Below, in pieces: positions 1 to 10,237 of a DNA stretch of 64,000 nt; position 1 is the stretch's first letter, and every line of letters begins with the position of its first letter. The notes beneath the pieces were generated by a model, which saw nothing but the letters and a program-made list of their open reading frames with translations, was not told the origin of the DNA and did no database searches. The position numbers were made by a program, and so were the translations under genes. Location: contig CAYJWP010000002.1 of assembly GCA_964373915.1 (NCBI GenBank), positions 4,312 through 68,311 of the forward strand, read 5' to 3'. Origin of the DNA: an uncultured Candidatus Saccharibacteria bacterium. GTDB taxonomy: Bacteria > Patescibacteriota > Minisyncoccia > UBA6257 > UBA11618.

Positions 1-848
1 CCTCTTTTAAAACTTTTACCATTGGCTTTCCCGAAGCGGGTTTTGATGAGAGATCATTAGCCAGAACAGTGGCTCAAATTGTGGGCAGTGAACATATTGA
101 GCTGGAGATTAAGCCGGACGCGGTCGAGATGCTTCCTAAATTGATTTATCAATATGAAGAGCCCTATGCGGATTCTTCGGCTTTACCGACTTTTTATCTG
201 GCAGAATTAAGCAGAAAACAGGCAACGGTGGCTTTGAATGGCGATGGCGGGGATGAAGCTTTTGGCGGTTATAAAAGATATTATTATTGGAATTGGCTTC
301 ACTGCTTAAAGAAAGATATCTACTATGATATTGCTACAAGAAATTATTTTGGAGAGTTTTTGCGCAATAAAACTAAGTTGAAAAAGTTGGATGATGTTTT
401 TGCCTTAAGCTTTAACACTTTTCTGCCGGATGATTTATTAGTTAAGGTTGATATTGCCACAATGGCTGTTGGTATGGAGGCGCGGTCTCCTTTTCTGGAT
501 CATAGATTGCTAGAATTTTCCGCTAGTTTGCCGGCAAGTTGGAAGGTTGGCTTGTTTTCTAAAAAGAAAATTTTAAAGGATGTTTTTCGTGGGCAAATCC
601 CAAATGAGATTATGCGTGGCAAGAGAGGTTTTGAGTTGCCGGTGGATGATTGGTTTAGGAATAATCTTTACCCTTGGGCGCGAGAGATTATTTTAGGATC
701 GGGTTTTGCTCAGAGTTATTTTAAAAAATCTGCTTTGGAAAAGTTATTGGATAATCATAAAAATAATCGAAAAAATCATGGCCAAAGAATTTGGACGTTA
801 GTTTGTTTAGAGTTGTGGCGGCAGACATTTATCGCAAGTAAATTATGA
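1..848 (+). CDS. Asparagine synthetase (AsnB)-like amidotransferase, C-terminal part; gene begins upstream of the window
   Basis: The open frame continues to base 1 (in-frame FSIGFPEAGFDE upstream of the annotated GTG). DGGDEAFGGY is an AsnB-type synthetase motif. Sits in a glycan locus (PseA/WbpS-like context). Confidence 0.6.
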   Translation, partial: SFKTFTIGFPEAGFDERSLARTVAQIVGSEHIELEIKPDAVEMLPKLIYQYEEPYADSSALPTFYLAELSRKQATVALNGDGGDEAFGGYKRYYYWNWLHCLKKDIYYDIATRNYFGEFLRNKTKLKKLDDVFALSFNTFLPDDLLVKVDIATMAVGMEARSPFLDHRLLEFSASLPASWKVGLFSKKKILKDVFRGQIPNEIMRGKRGFELPVDDWFRNNLYPWAREIILGSGFAQSYFKKSALEKLLDNHKNNRKNHGQRIWTLVCLELWRQTFIASKL

Positions 849-1576
849 GAACAAAACCATCAAAAGCTTTTCTTATGGATAAGATAACAGAGATGTTGAG
901 AGAGAATCCGGCTTTGAAAATTTTGGATTTAGGATCTGGCGACTCCGGTTTTTTCGACACCATTTTTGAGAAATTTCCAGAGGTTTTTTATTGGGGCATT
1001 GAGCCTAGCGATGGAGCTGTTGTTAAAGCAAAGCTAATAGCAAAAAACTGCCCCAACGTAAGGATTATAAATGACCGAGCGCCTACCACCACTCTTATTA
1101 ATGAACGGTTTGATATCGTAGTTTCTTTGAGTGTTTTAGAGCACTTAAAAGATCCAGAGAGTTTTCTGAGTTTTTCTGCAGAAAAACTTAAAGAGGGTGG
1201 AGAAATGTTTCACCTTTATGACTTAGGACATTTTTTATATTCCTCATCTTTACGGGAAAGATTATTAGTGTGGCTTTGCCAGAAGGATTTTTTGAAAAGA
1301 TTCATTCCTGATACCAGATTTACTCGTTATATCAACCAGCAGGAAGTGGAGTCTATTTTGAAAAAAAATGGAATTAATGTTAAAAATGTGACGTATCATA
1401 ACACCCCGACTCATGTGCGATTGATTAAGTCTTTGGACGAATCTGATGTGTCGTTAAAAGCGTTAGAAATTATTGTAAAAATTGAGGCGGACGTCTCTGA
1501 AGCGATAAAGAGTTTGCCCGTGAGCGCTAGAGAAATGATTTGCCCGAGTATCTGTATCTGGGGAAGAAAATCTTAA
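845..1576 (+). CDS. Class I SAM-dependent methyltransferase
   Basis: ILDLGSGDSG (motif I) and VLEHL motifs. ATGA start/stop overlap with the upstream gene. Confidence 0.7.
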   Translation: MRTKPSKAFLMDKITEMLRENPALKILDLGSGDSGFFDTIFEKFPEVFYWGIEPSDGAVVKAKLIAKNCPNVRIINDRAPTTTLINERFDIVVSLSVLEHLKDPESFLSFSAEKLKEGGEMFHLYDLGHFLYSSSLRERLLVWLCQKDFLKRFIPDTRFTRYINQQEVESILKKNGINVKNVTYHNTPTHVRLIKSLDESDVSLKALEIIVKIEADVSEAIKSLPVSAREMICPSICIWGRKS

Positions 1577-1582
1577 CTAATT

Positions 1583-2752
1583 ATGAACAAAAAAGCGCTA
1601 GTGTTTTCTTTGGAGTATTTCCCCTATGTGGGAGGGGCGGAGATTGCCATTAGGGAAATCTGCAAAAGAATGGAGGGTTTTAATTTTGATTTGATTACCT
1701 GCCACAATGATGCTGATATTGCGGAAAATGAAATTATTGATGGGGTTAATGTTTATCGGGTTGGCGTTGGGCGAAGAGGTTGGGATAAATACTTAATGCC
1801 TATCGTCGGTTTTTTAAAGGCGTTGGAGTTAAATAAAAAAAATCATTATGACCTAATCTGGGCGGTGATGGCTAACACCGCTGGTCTGGCCGCTTTATTT
1901 TTTAAATTAACCCACGGCCGTATTCCTTATTTACTTACCTTACAGGAAGGTGACCCTTTGGAGTATTATCAGCGAAGAACTTGGTTTTGGCTGCCTTTAT
2001 TCAAGTTGATATTTAAAAAGGCTAACCACATACAAATAATCAGCCGCCATTTTGCCACTTGGCCCAAAAATTATGGTTATCAGGGAGAAGTTTCTGTTGT
2101 GCCCAACGGAGTAGATTTTAATCTTTTTAATCAGATAATTGATGAGCGACAGCTCGCTATTGTTAGGCAAAACTTGAGTTTGACTAGTGATGAAAAGATT
2201 GTTATTACCACCTCTCGTTTGGTGAAAAAAAATGGCATCAGCGACTTAATAAAAGCAGTTGGTATTTTAAAAGAAGAAAATAAGTTTATTAAATTACTTA
2301 TTATTGGCCAAGGAGAAGAGGAAAAAAGCTTACAGGATTTAGTAAATGATTTGGGATTGAGAGAAGATATATTTTTTCTGGGGCATATTAAACAGGAGAT
2401 ATTACCTGTTTATTTGAAGATAGCCGATATTTTTGTCAGGCCATCGCTTTCGGAAGGATTAGGCAATAGTTTTTTAGAGGCGATGGCGGCCGGATTGCCG
2501 ATAGTGGGAACTCCAGTAGGCGGCATCCCAGACTTTTTAATTGATAAAAAAACCGGTATTTTTTGCCAGCCGCAAAATCCTGCTTCAGTAGCTGAAGCCA
2601 TTAATTTAATTCTTAGCGATGACGGTCTTCACCTTTCTTTAATAGAGGCCGGTCGTAATCTGGTAAGAGAAAAATATAATTGGGACGACATTGCTAAAAA
2701 AATGAGAGAAATTTATGAAAATATTAATAGTGGCGGGAATATTTCCTCCTGA
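1583..2752 (+). CDS. Glycosyltransferase family 4 (GT-B)
   Basis: EGLGNSFLEAMAAGLPIVGTPVGGIPDF (E-x7-E motif). About 390 aa, typical GT4 size. Confidence 0.8.
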   Translation: MNKKALVFSLEYFPYVGGAEIAIREICKRMEGFNFDLITCHNDADIAENEIIDGVNVYRVGVGRRGWDKYLMPIVGFLKALELNKKNHYDLIWAVMANTAGLAALFFKLTHGRIPYLLTLQEGDPLEYYQRRTWFWLPLFKLIFKKANHIQIISRHFATWPKNYGYQGEVSVVPNGVDFNLFNQIIDERQLAIVRQNLSLTSDEKIVITTSRLVKKNGISDLIKAVGILKEENKFIKLLIIGQGEEEKSLQDLVNDLGLREDIFFLGHIKQEILPVYLKIADIFVRPSLSEGLGNSFLEAMAAGLPIVGTPVGGIPDFLIDKKTGIFCQPQNPASVAEAINLILSDDGLHLSLIEAGRNLVREKYNWDDIAKKMREIYENINSGGNISS

Positions 2753-3890
2753 CATTGGCGGTCCGGCGGGATATACCGAAAAAATAGTCTCAGAGTTTTT
2801 TAAGAGAGGCCACGCCGTTGCTGTTATTTGTTATTCTGACAGCAAGGCCGGTCTAGATTATCCTTATAAAGTTTCTAGAGTTTTTCGCGGAAAATTCTTT
2901 ATCAAAAGATATTTCTTATATTTTTTAACAGTTTTAAAACTAGCTAAGAATTTTGATATTATTTATTGCCAAGATTCTGTTGCCGTCGGTTTACCTTGCG
3001 TTTTTGCCAGTTTGTTTTTGAGAAAAAAATTTGTTTTGAAAATAGTCGGAGATATTTCTTGGGAATATGCCAGAAACTGGAATTTAACTGAAGATGAGAT
3101 TGATTATTTTCAAAAAAGAAAATCATATCCTTTCTTGATTAAAGTAATGAGACGAGCGCAAAAGTTTGTCTGCCAAAGAAGCAAAACGATAATCGTTCCC
3201 AGTTTTTATCTGAAAAAAATTGTTGAAGGTTGGGGCATAACCTCAGAAAAAATAAAAGTTATTTATAACGCGGTTGAGCCCATAATTATAGAAAAAAGCA
3301 GAGAAGAGTTGAGAAATAATTTTGGTTTTTCCGGCAGTAAAATAATTCTATCCGTAGGCAGGCTCGTTTCTTGGAAGGGGTTTGAAGATTTAATTGCAAT
3401 GATGCCGGAATTAATAAAAAAGGAGACTGGGGCGAAATTGGTTATTATAGGCGATGGGCCGCAGAGGAACGGTCTAATTGATTTAATTAAAAAATTTAAT
3501 CTTGAAAAAGAAGTTGTTTTAGTTGGAAGATTATCGCGACAAAAAGTCGGGGAGTATCTCAAAGCCGCCGACGTTTTTGTTCTTAATAGCAGTTATGAAG
3601 GTTTGCCGCATATAGTTTTGGAGGCAATGTCTGTCGGTTGTCCGGTGATGGCTAGCAAAGCCGGAGGCAATATTGAAGTAGTGGAAGATGAAGTGAGTGG
3701 GTTTTTAATAAAAGAAAATAACTTAGACGATTGGCGGCTGAAAATTTTGAATTTGCTTTCAGACGATATTTTGAGAGAAAAGTTTATTAAAAACGGCCAT
3801 CAAAAACTAGAAGGATTTTCTTTTGAAAAGATGATAAGCAGAACATTGCAGACGTTAAGCGTTTTTAATAATAGTTTTAACCGCAGTTAA
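2715..3890 (+). CDS. Glycosyltransferase family 4 (GT-B)
   Basis: N-terminus MKILIVAGIFPPDIGGPAGY. EGLPHIVLEAMSVGCPVMASKAGG motif. Confidence 0.8.
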   Translation: MKILIVAGIFPPDIGGPAGYTEKIVSEFFKRGHAVAVICYSDSKAGLDYPYKVSRVFRGKFFIKRYFLYFLTVLKLAKNFDIIYCQDSVAVGLPCVFASLFLRKKFVLKIVGDISWEYARNWNLTEDEIDYFQKRKSYPFLIKVMRRAQKFVCQRSKTIIVPSFYLKKIVEGWGITSEKIKVIYNAVEPIIIEKSREELRNNFGFSGSKIILSVGRLVSWKGFEDLIAMMPELIKKETGAKLVIIGDGPQRNGLIDLIKKFNLEKEVVLVGRLSRQKVGEYLKAADVFVLNSSYEGLPHIVLEAMSVGCPVMASKAGGNIEVVEDEVSGFLIKENNLDDWRLKILNLLSDDILREKFIKNGHQKLEGFSFEKMISRTLQTLSVFNNSFNRS

Positions 3891-5039
3891 AAGATTCTTT
3901 TTGTGGTTAATTAAAATTGTTTTGCACCCGGCTTGTCTTCCCGCTTCCATGTCGGTATCGCAGTTGCCGACAAAAAAAGTATCGTTTAAATTAATGCGAT
4001 GATCTTTGGCGGCTTGATAAATCAATCCCGGCTGGGGTTTACGGCAGAAACAACTATCCCCTAAGTGGGGGCAATAGTAGATGCCCGAAATTTTCGCTCC
4101 GTTTTTTTCTAATTCTGCAACCATATTTTTGTGGATAATATTCAGGTCATTTTTGGTCATTATTTTTTTAGCGATGCCTCTTTGGTTTGTTATTACCAGA
4201 ATTTTATATTTTTTTTTCGTTAGCAATCTTAAGGCGGTTATCGCTTTGGGAGCAAATTCAAACTGATTCCACTTTTTAACATACTCTCCGGGAATTTCTT
4301 TATTAATCACCCCGTCGCGATCAAGGAGAATGGTTTTTTGTCCAAAATGGCCTTGAGCTTTTTTATAATCAGCTGGCGTGCCGATATCTATAAAATAACC
4401 ATTGGAAATAAAACCAAAAAGGCCGATGCGGGAGTGGTATTTTTCTAAAAAATCCTTTTCTATGGAAAATTTTTCTGGCAAATCAAAGCCGGAAAATATC
4501 TTTTTATTTATAAGATAAACACCTCCATTGATTAGTCCTTGTGCTCTATGCGTTTTCTCCTCAAAATTGATAATGCGATTGTTTTTATCTAATAAGACGT
4601 TGCCATAACGACTGGGCTTAATAATGTTTTTTAAGGCGACAGCAAAATTCGCTTTCTTCTTAAGATAAAATTTGTGAAATTCTGCTAAATCAACATCAAA
4701 AAATGTATCGCCATTAATAACAAAAACTTCATTTATTGATACGTGAGGCAAGGAAAGCTTGATTGAACCGCCTGTTTCTGGCGGTTCAGGATGATAAACA
4801 TAATTGATGTCAAGCTGTTTGTAGCGATTACCGAAGCGTCTCTTAACAAGATCAGACTTATAGCTGACAAAAAGATGGACTTTTTTTATTTTGAAAGAAA
4901 GCAGGTAGTCTAGAAGATATTCTAAAAAAGGCCGCTGATTGACTGGGGCTAGGGGCTTGGGAATTTCCCCTATGACTTTTTGTAAACGCGTGCCATAACC
5001 GCCCGCAAGAACAATCGCTTCTTTAATCATATTGTCCAA
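3855..5039 (-). CDS. Bifunctional sugar-1-phosphate nucleotidyltransferase (HddC-like) / D,D-heptose-1,7-bisphosphate phosphatase (GmhB, HAD family)
   Basis: N-terminus LAGGYGTRL (NTP-transferase G-loop). C-terminus LLDRDGVIN (HAD motif I) and CFCRKPQPGLI (GmhB Zn-binding motif). The two domains are fused in one ORF. Confidence 0.7.
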   Translation of the reverse strand: MDNMIKEAIVLAGGYGTRLQKVIGEIPKPLAPVNQRPFLEYLLDYLLSFKIKKVHLFVSYKSDLVKRRFGNRYKQLDINYVYHPEPPETGGSIKLSLPHVSINEVFVINGDTFFDVDLAEFHKFYLKKKANFAVALKNIIKPSRYGNVLLDKNNRIINFEEKTHRAQGLINGGVYLINKKIFSGFDLPEKFSIEKDFLEKYHSRIGLFGFISNGYFIDIGTPADYKKAQGHFGQKTILLDRDGVINKEIPGEYVKKWNQFEFAPKAITALRLLTKKKYKILVITNQRGIAKKIMTKNDLNIIHKNMVAELEKNGAKISGIYYCPHLGDSCFCRKPQPGLIYQAAKDHRINLNDTFFVGNCDTDMEAGRQAGCKTILINHKKNLLTAVKTIIKNA

Positions 5040-6091
5040 ATTTCCAAACCGCCTTGAGTGAAGTGGTATTTATGAGTGATGCCACCGAATTTTTCCAGTT
5101 CTTTAATCACTTTAAATTTATTATTTTCCGGGCAGTAAAATATCATAAATCCTCCACCGCCGGCTCCCGATATTTTTCCTCCGCTAGCTCCCGCTTTAAT
5201 GGCCGATTGGTAAATATTATCAATGAGATCGCTGGTCATGTTGTCGGCTATTTTTTTCTTGTTTTGCCAGCCAAAATCCAATATTTTGCCCATCTCGTCC
5301 AGATTACCTCTAAGCAGGGCCTCTTTCATAAGAAGGGCCTGTTCCTTAAGTTTGTGAGTAGCTTCAATGTGAGACGCCTTATTTTCTTGGATGTGTTGAG
5401 CCTGATTCTGTATAATTTGCGATGAGACGCGATTTTTTTGGGTGTAATAAAGCACAAGGCGGAATTCCAGCTCATTAAGCGAATGTTGTTTAATGCGCAG
5501 AGGATTAATAATCACTTTTCCGTCTCGGTGGAATTCCATAAAGTTCACTCCTCCGAATGTCGCCGAGTATTGGTCTTGTTTGCCGCCGACCATTTTTAAG
5601 TCAACTCTTTCTATTTCATGGGCTATTTGGGCGATATCATATTCTCCTAGAGGCAATTTTAACCATTCAACGAAAACTCCGACGATAGCCACCACTAAAG
5701 CTGATGAGGTGCCCAAGCCGGAGCCTATCGGGGCTTCTACGAAGGTGCTTAATTCAAAAGACAGCGGCTTTTTAATAAATTTTTCTATTATTTTATTATA
5801 AGTTCCCTTATGAAGAGGAAAGTAACCATCAATGATTAATCTTTCTTGGCTTACTAGTTCACAACTTTTTTGAGTATCAACGGAATTAAGGATAATTTTA
5901 TTGTCTGAACGCGGTTTGAGAGTAGTGTAGACATAAAGATTGATGGTGGCATTGAGGACGGCTCCGCCGTATAAGTCGGAATATGGGCTGACATCCGTGC
6001 CGCCTCCCGCCAGGCCTAATCTTAATGGAACTCGGCTTCGGTAGAGCATTTTATCTAAGGCTAGTATAACAGGTTTTTTCATGTTATCCAT
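5027..6091 (-). CDS. hddA: GHMP-family sugar kinase, D-glycero-D-manno-heptose 7-phosphate kinase (HddA)-like
   Basis: PIGSGLGTSSALVVAIVG GHMP ATP-binding motif. Adjacent to the HddC/GmhB fusion. Confidence 0.65.
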   Translation of the reverse strand: MDNMKKPVILALDKMLYRSRVPLRLGLAGGGTDVSPYSDLYGGAVLNATINLYVYTTLKPRSDNKIILNSVDTQKSCELVSQERLIIDGYFPLHKGTYNKIIEKFIKKPLSFELSTFVEAPIGSGLGTSSALVVAIVGVFVEWLKLPLGEYDIAQIAHEIERVDLKMVGGKQDQYSATFGGVNFMEFHRDGKVIINPLRIKQHSLNELEFRLVLYYTQKNRVSSQIIQNQAQHIQENKASHIEATHKLKEQALLMKEALLRGNLDEMGKILDFGWQNKKKIADNMTSDLIDNIYQSAIKAGASGGKISGAGGGGFMIFYCPENNKFKVIKELEKFGGITHKYHFTQGGLEIWTI

Positions 6092-6103
6092 AGTTTAGAT
6101 TTT

Positions 6104-7219
6104 ATGAATTTATTAATGGTCAGCGGCAATGACCGTTTGGCGACAGGTTTAAGAAGCGGTAATTTTTATAATAATCTTTTACGTTTTAGTCACTCCTTTG
6201 AACGCGTGGACGTTGTTTGTCCTTTTGTAAGCGATGCTTCGGCCGCTACTATCGGCGATAGTATCTTTTTACATGTCTTAAAACGCGGTTTATTATTTCA
6301 GTTTTTTTTTGCATATAAGGAAATCATGAGATTATGTTCACAGCACAAGCCAAAATTAATCGTTGCTCATGCTTATGGGCTACAGTTTATGCTTTTTGGC
6401 GCTTGGTTGGCCAGTAAAAAAACAGGCGTTCCTTTAGCGGTAGAAGTCCATCATATTGAGGGTTATCCGCGGGCGGCAACTTTTAAAGATTGGCTCATGA
6501 AGGTAATCACCTTTACTCTACTGCGTTTGATTAAAAACGACATTAAAATATTTAGAGTGGTGAACAAGGCGGAAGCTTTACCATTATTGTTGTCATTAGG
6601 CATTCCTGAAGAAAAGATAAAAATACTTTATAGCATGTATTTAGACAGGAGTATTTTTTATCCTGCGGTTAAAGAGCCGAAAGAATTTGATCTTATATTT
6701 GTTGGGAGGTTGATAGCCAATAAAGGATTATGGCTTTTTTTGGATGCTTTTGATATTGCTAAGAAAAAAATGCCTCTCATAAAACTGGCAATAGTTGGCG
6801 ATGGGCCTCTAAAGGAGCGTTTGGTTTCGCTAATAGGTAGCCGATTAGATATTTATTTTACTGGCATTCTTGCTCCTGAAGAGGTTGCTGATATGTATCG
6901 TCGGTCAAGGGCGGTTATTTGCACATCATTTGCCGAGGGGGGCCCTCTCTTTGTGGTTGAGGGGATGGCCTGTGGTTTGCCGGCGATTTCAACGCCGGTG
7001 GGTTTAATGAAAGAAATTATAGAAAATGGCAAAAACGGATTTTTAGTTGAGAGTTGGGATGCTGCTAAAATAGCCGAAGTTATTGTGAAAATATTGTCTG
7101 ATGATGAATTAAGAAGAAATTGTTCTTTGGCGGCGGTTGCGACAGCGGCGCGTTTTGATTATGAAAAAATAATCAATGATTATGTCGGAACTTATAAGGA
7201 TTTAGCCGTTGGTTTATGA
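6104..7219 (+). CDS. Glycosyltransferase family 4 (GT-B)
   Basis: EGGPLFVVEGMACGLPAISTPVG motif. Start uncertain: the divergent gap to hddA is only about 12 nt. Confidence 0.7.
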   Translation: MNLLMVSGNDRLATGLRSGNFYNNLLRFSHSFERVDVVCPFVSDASAATIGDSIFLHVLKRGLLFQFFFAYKEIMRLCSQHKPKLIVAHAYGLQFMLFGAWLASKKTGVPLAVEVHHIEGYPRAATFKDWLMKVITFTLLRLIKNDIKIFRVVNKAEALPLLLSLGIPEEKIKILYSMYLDRSIFYPAVKEPKEFDLIFVGRLIANKGLWLFLDAFDIAKKKMPLIKLAIVGDGPLKERLVSLIGSRLDIYFTGILAPEEVADMYRRSRAVICTSFAEGGPLFVVEGMACGLPAISTPVGLMKEIIENGKNGFLVESWDAAKIAEVIVKILSDDELRRNCSLAAVATAARFDYEKIINDYVGTYKDLAVGL

Positions 7220-8307
7220 AGGTACTGGCTATAGTTCAATCTTGGGATAGCAATCATTCCAGTGGCGGTTTTACTGTGGGGTGGATGAATAAGCTGGCTG
7301 AAAGAGTTGATGAACTTGTTGTTCTGGCTTTGGAAAAGAGAGAGGAAACTAACAGAAGAAATATCAAGATTTTTTCTTTGGGTAAGGAGAATTATCGTGG
7401 TTTTGGCCGTTATATTTTTTATTTGTGGCGCTGGCATTGGTTGATGAGAAAGATTATAAAACAACATCGTCCCGATATTGTTTTTACTCATATGACGCCG
7501 ACTTTTTCGGTTTTGGCCTATCCTTATGTTTGCTGGCGCAGGATCCCAATTATTACTTGGTTTATCCACCCTCAATCTTCAGTAATTTTAAAATTAGCTC
7601 ACTTTCTATCGACTAAAGTGGTTTCAGCCACAGTTGATTCTTATCCTTACAAGAAGGACAAACTGTTAGCTATCGGACATGGAATTGATACAGATTTGTT
7701 TTTTCCTAGTAATTTTGTCAGTAATCGAGTAATTTCATTGATAATCTGTGTAGGTAGAATATCTATCGTTAAAGATCATCCGACTTTGTTAAAGGCCGCT
7801 AAGATAATGAAAAATAATTTTGCTAAGCCTTTTAAGATTTTGATTATTGGTAATAAAGAAGCTGGCAGAGACGAGAGCTATGCGGAGCGGTTGTTGAGAT
7901 TAGTTGATATTTTAGGCGTAGGGGATGTTGTTGAATTTAAAGAAGCAGTTATTGGTGAGGATTTGCGTCGGTTTTATCAAGAAGCGTCCGCTTGTGTCAA
8001 TCTGACAAAGTCGGGGTCGGCAGACAAAGTAATTTTGGAGGCAATGTCTTGTGGCAAGCCATCATTGATGGCTAGTATCGCCTATGTCAACTTAATCGGG
8101 CCTCACAAAAATCAATTATTTTTTTCTTATAAAAATAGTGAGGAGTTAGCTAGGAAGTTGATGGATATTTTAGAGATGTCTAAGGAACAACTGACTATTA
8201 TGGGAGATTATTTAAGAGAAGTAGTGGTTGCAAATCATAGCTTAAATCAACTATCAGAAAAATTAGCCGGGATTTTTTATGAAGAAGCAGAAACTAAATT
8301 TAAATAA
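7216..8307 (+). CDS. GT-B fold glycosyltransferase (GT1/GT4-like)
   Basis: SGSADKVILEAMSCGKPSLMAS C-terminal-domain motif. ATGA overlap with the upstream gene. Confidence 0.6.
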   Translation: MKVLAIVQSWDSNHSSGGFTVGWMNKLAERVDELVVLALEKREETNRRNIKIFSLGKENYRGFGRYIFYLWRWHWLMRKIIKQHRPDIVFTHMTPTFSVLAYPYVCWRRIPIITWFIHPQSSVILKLAHFLSTKVVSATVDSYPYKKDKLLAIGHGIDTDLFFPSNFVSNRVISLIICVGRISIVKDHPTLLKAAKIMKNNFAKPFKILIIGNKEAGRDESYAERLLRLVDILGVGDVVEFKEAVIGEDLRRFYQEASACVNLTKSGSADKVILEAMSCGKPSLMASIAYVNLIGPHKNQLFFSYKNSEELARKLMDILEMSKEQLTIMGDYLREVVVANHSLNQLSEKLAGIFYEEAETKFK

Positions 8308-9028
8308 AATTAAAAAGCTTTTTTTAATGTATCTAACTTATGGCTTGTTTTACGTCTATAATTTTTTATTTACTAAAAATAAACAAGTTTACACTAGCGC
8401 TGTGCCGGAACTTAACGAAATCTTAATCAAGACGCAGAAGGCCAGTGATATTTGCGATCATTTAACTACATTGTTTTTAGAGGCCTATGAAATAAGGCCG
8501 CAATTGATTGTTGAATTGGGTGTGAGAAAAGGGGAGAGCACTTTTGTTTTTGAAAGAGTGGCCAAATTATGCCACTCTAAACTGGTGAGCGTAGACTATA
8601 AAGATTGTTCTAGTGCTTCTTCTTGGGAGGATTGGCTTTTTGTGCAGGCGGATGATTTAGAATTTGCTACAAATTTTAAAGCATGGTGTGAACAAAGAGG
8701 AATAGTCCCCGTGATTGATGTTTTGTTTATTGATACCTCCCATAAATTTGACCACACCTGCGCCGAGATAAACAATTGGTTCGGTTTTTTATCTGATAAG
8801 GCAAAAGTTATTTTTCATGACACTAACTTGCAAAAAATATGTTTCCGAAAAAATGGCGCTATTTGTTTGGGCTATGACAATCAAAGGGGCGTTATTATGG
8901 CTTTGGAGAATTACTTTAAAACCTCTTTTAACGAAAAAGAAGAATTTGTTGATGTAAGGTCGGGATGGCTGATAAAGCATTTTCCTTATTGCGCTGGATT
9001 GACTATTTTAAACAAGCTAAACAAATGA
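8279..9028 (+). CDS. Class I SAM-dependent methyltransferase (CmcI/TylF-like O-methyltransferase)
   Basis: LIVELGVRKGEST and FIDTSHKF motifs resemble the CmcI family. Start may instead be the internal Met at about 8327. Confidence 0.5.
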   Translation: MKKQKLNLNKIKKLFLMYLTYGLFYVYNFLFTKNKQVYTSAVPELNEILIKTQKASDICDHLTTLFLEAYEIRPQLIVELGVRKGESTFVFERVAKLCHSKLVSVDYKDCSSASSWEDWLFVQADDLEFATNFKAWCEQRGIVPVIDVLFIDTSHKFDHTCAEINNWFGFLSDKAKVIFHDTNLQKICFRKNGAICLGYDNQRGVIMALENYFKTSFNEKEEFVDVRSGWLIKHFPYCAGLTILNKLNK

Positions 9029-10203
9029 AAATTTTTTATATAGTTAACGCTCGTATTCCTACCGAGAAGGCGCATGGTTATCAAATTATGAAAATGTGCG
9101 AATCTTTTAGTCGAGTCGGGGCAGAGGTGCATCTGGTTTTGCCGGGAAGAAAAAACATCATTGAAGATAGTTCATTTTTTTTTTACGGAATCAGCCCCAT
9201 TTTTAAAATTCATAAATTACCAATAATAGACTTTATTAATCTAAATCCCTTTTTAAAAGCGCCTTTTTCTATTTTTCCTCACATTGTATCAATCGCAACC
9301 TTTTTGTGGCAGGCCGATGATTTTTTGAAGAAAAATTTTCAGAATGGGGATATTATTTATACCAGAGACATGGAAGTATCCTGGCTTTTTCGCAACTATC
9401 CAAAATTATTCTTTGAGGTGCATCAAATTTCTCGTATTTTAAAGTTTTGGGCTGGGCCATGGAAAAGTCCTGCTCGTTTGATTTCTGTAACTAATTCTAT
9501 GAAGGCAATTTTGGTAGGTTGTGGGATACCAGCCGAGAAGATTTTTGTTGCTCCAGACGCGGTTTCTTTAGAAGATTTTAATCTTGTCCCTGATAAGATT
9601 AGTTGTCGCCACAAATTATCGTTATCCACTGATAAAAATATAGTAGGTTATATAGGCAGATTTGTTACTATGGGCAAGGAAAAGGGAATAGCTTGTCTAA
9701 TAAGGGCTTTTGGTATTTTATTTAAAAATAATAGCTTAAAGGACCCAATGCTTCTTTGTGTTGGCGGGCCATTAGAGATGGTTCCTTATTATCTTAATTT
9801 AGCAGACAGAGAAGGTCTACCTCGAGAAGTGATTAAATTTGTAGATCTTGTACCGAATAGAGATGTGCCTTTGTGGGTTAACGCCTGCGATGTGGTTGCT
9901 ATGCCTTTTCCTTGGGAGCGCCATTATGCTTTTGAGGCCTCGCCGCTGAAAATGTTTGAATATATGGCGGCCAAAAAGCCAATTATATCAACAAAATTGC
10001 CTGCAGTGATGGAAATTTTAAATATAAATAATTCAGCTCTTGTTGATTTGAACAACGACCAAGAGTTGGCTAGAAACATAAAAGCTCTTCTTGAAGATAA
10101 AGAGCTAGCTGATAGATTAGCTAATCAGGCGAGAATTGATGTTGAACGTTATACTTGGCTGAACAGAGCAAAAGATATTATGAACTTAATTTCTAGTTGC
10201 TAA
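9025..10203 (+). CDS. Glycosyltransferase family 4 (GT-B)
   Basis: Start moved to MKIFYIV (ATGA overlap with the upstream stop). EASPLKMFEYMAAKKPIIST motif. Confidence 0.7.
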   Translation: MKIFYIVNARIPTEKAHGYQIMKMCESFSRVGAEVHLVLPGRKNIIEDSSFFFYGISPIFKIHKLPIIDFINLNPFLKAPFSIFPHIVSIATFLWQADDFLKKNFQNGDIIYTRDMEVSWLFRNYPKLFFEVHQISRILKFWAGPWKSPARLISVTNSMKAILVGCGIPAEKIFVAPDAVSLEDFNLVPDKISCRHKLSLSTDKNIVGYIGRFVTMGKEKGIACLIRAFGILFKNNSLKDPMLLCVGGPLEMVPYYLNLADREGLPREVIKFVDLVPNRDVPLWVNACDVVAMPFPWERHYAFEASPLKMFEYMAAKKPIISTKLPAVMEILNINNSALVDLNNDQELARNIKALLEDKELADRLANQARIDVERYTWLNRAKDIMNLISSC

Positions 10204-10237
10204 ATTTTTTTAGTTGTCTATAATTAGACTCAAGTTA

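Noticed and set aside
2410-5801. Small antisense ORFs (2410-2601, 3263-3562, 4081-4266, 5054-5425, 5493-5801) inside glycosyltransferase and heptose genes
   Set aside because: Each is fully contained in a longer, well-supported ORF on the opposite strand, and none has a motif or RBS.
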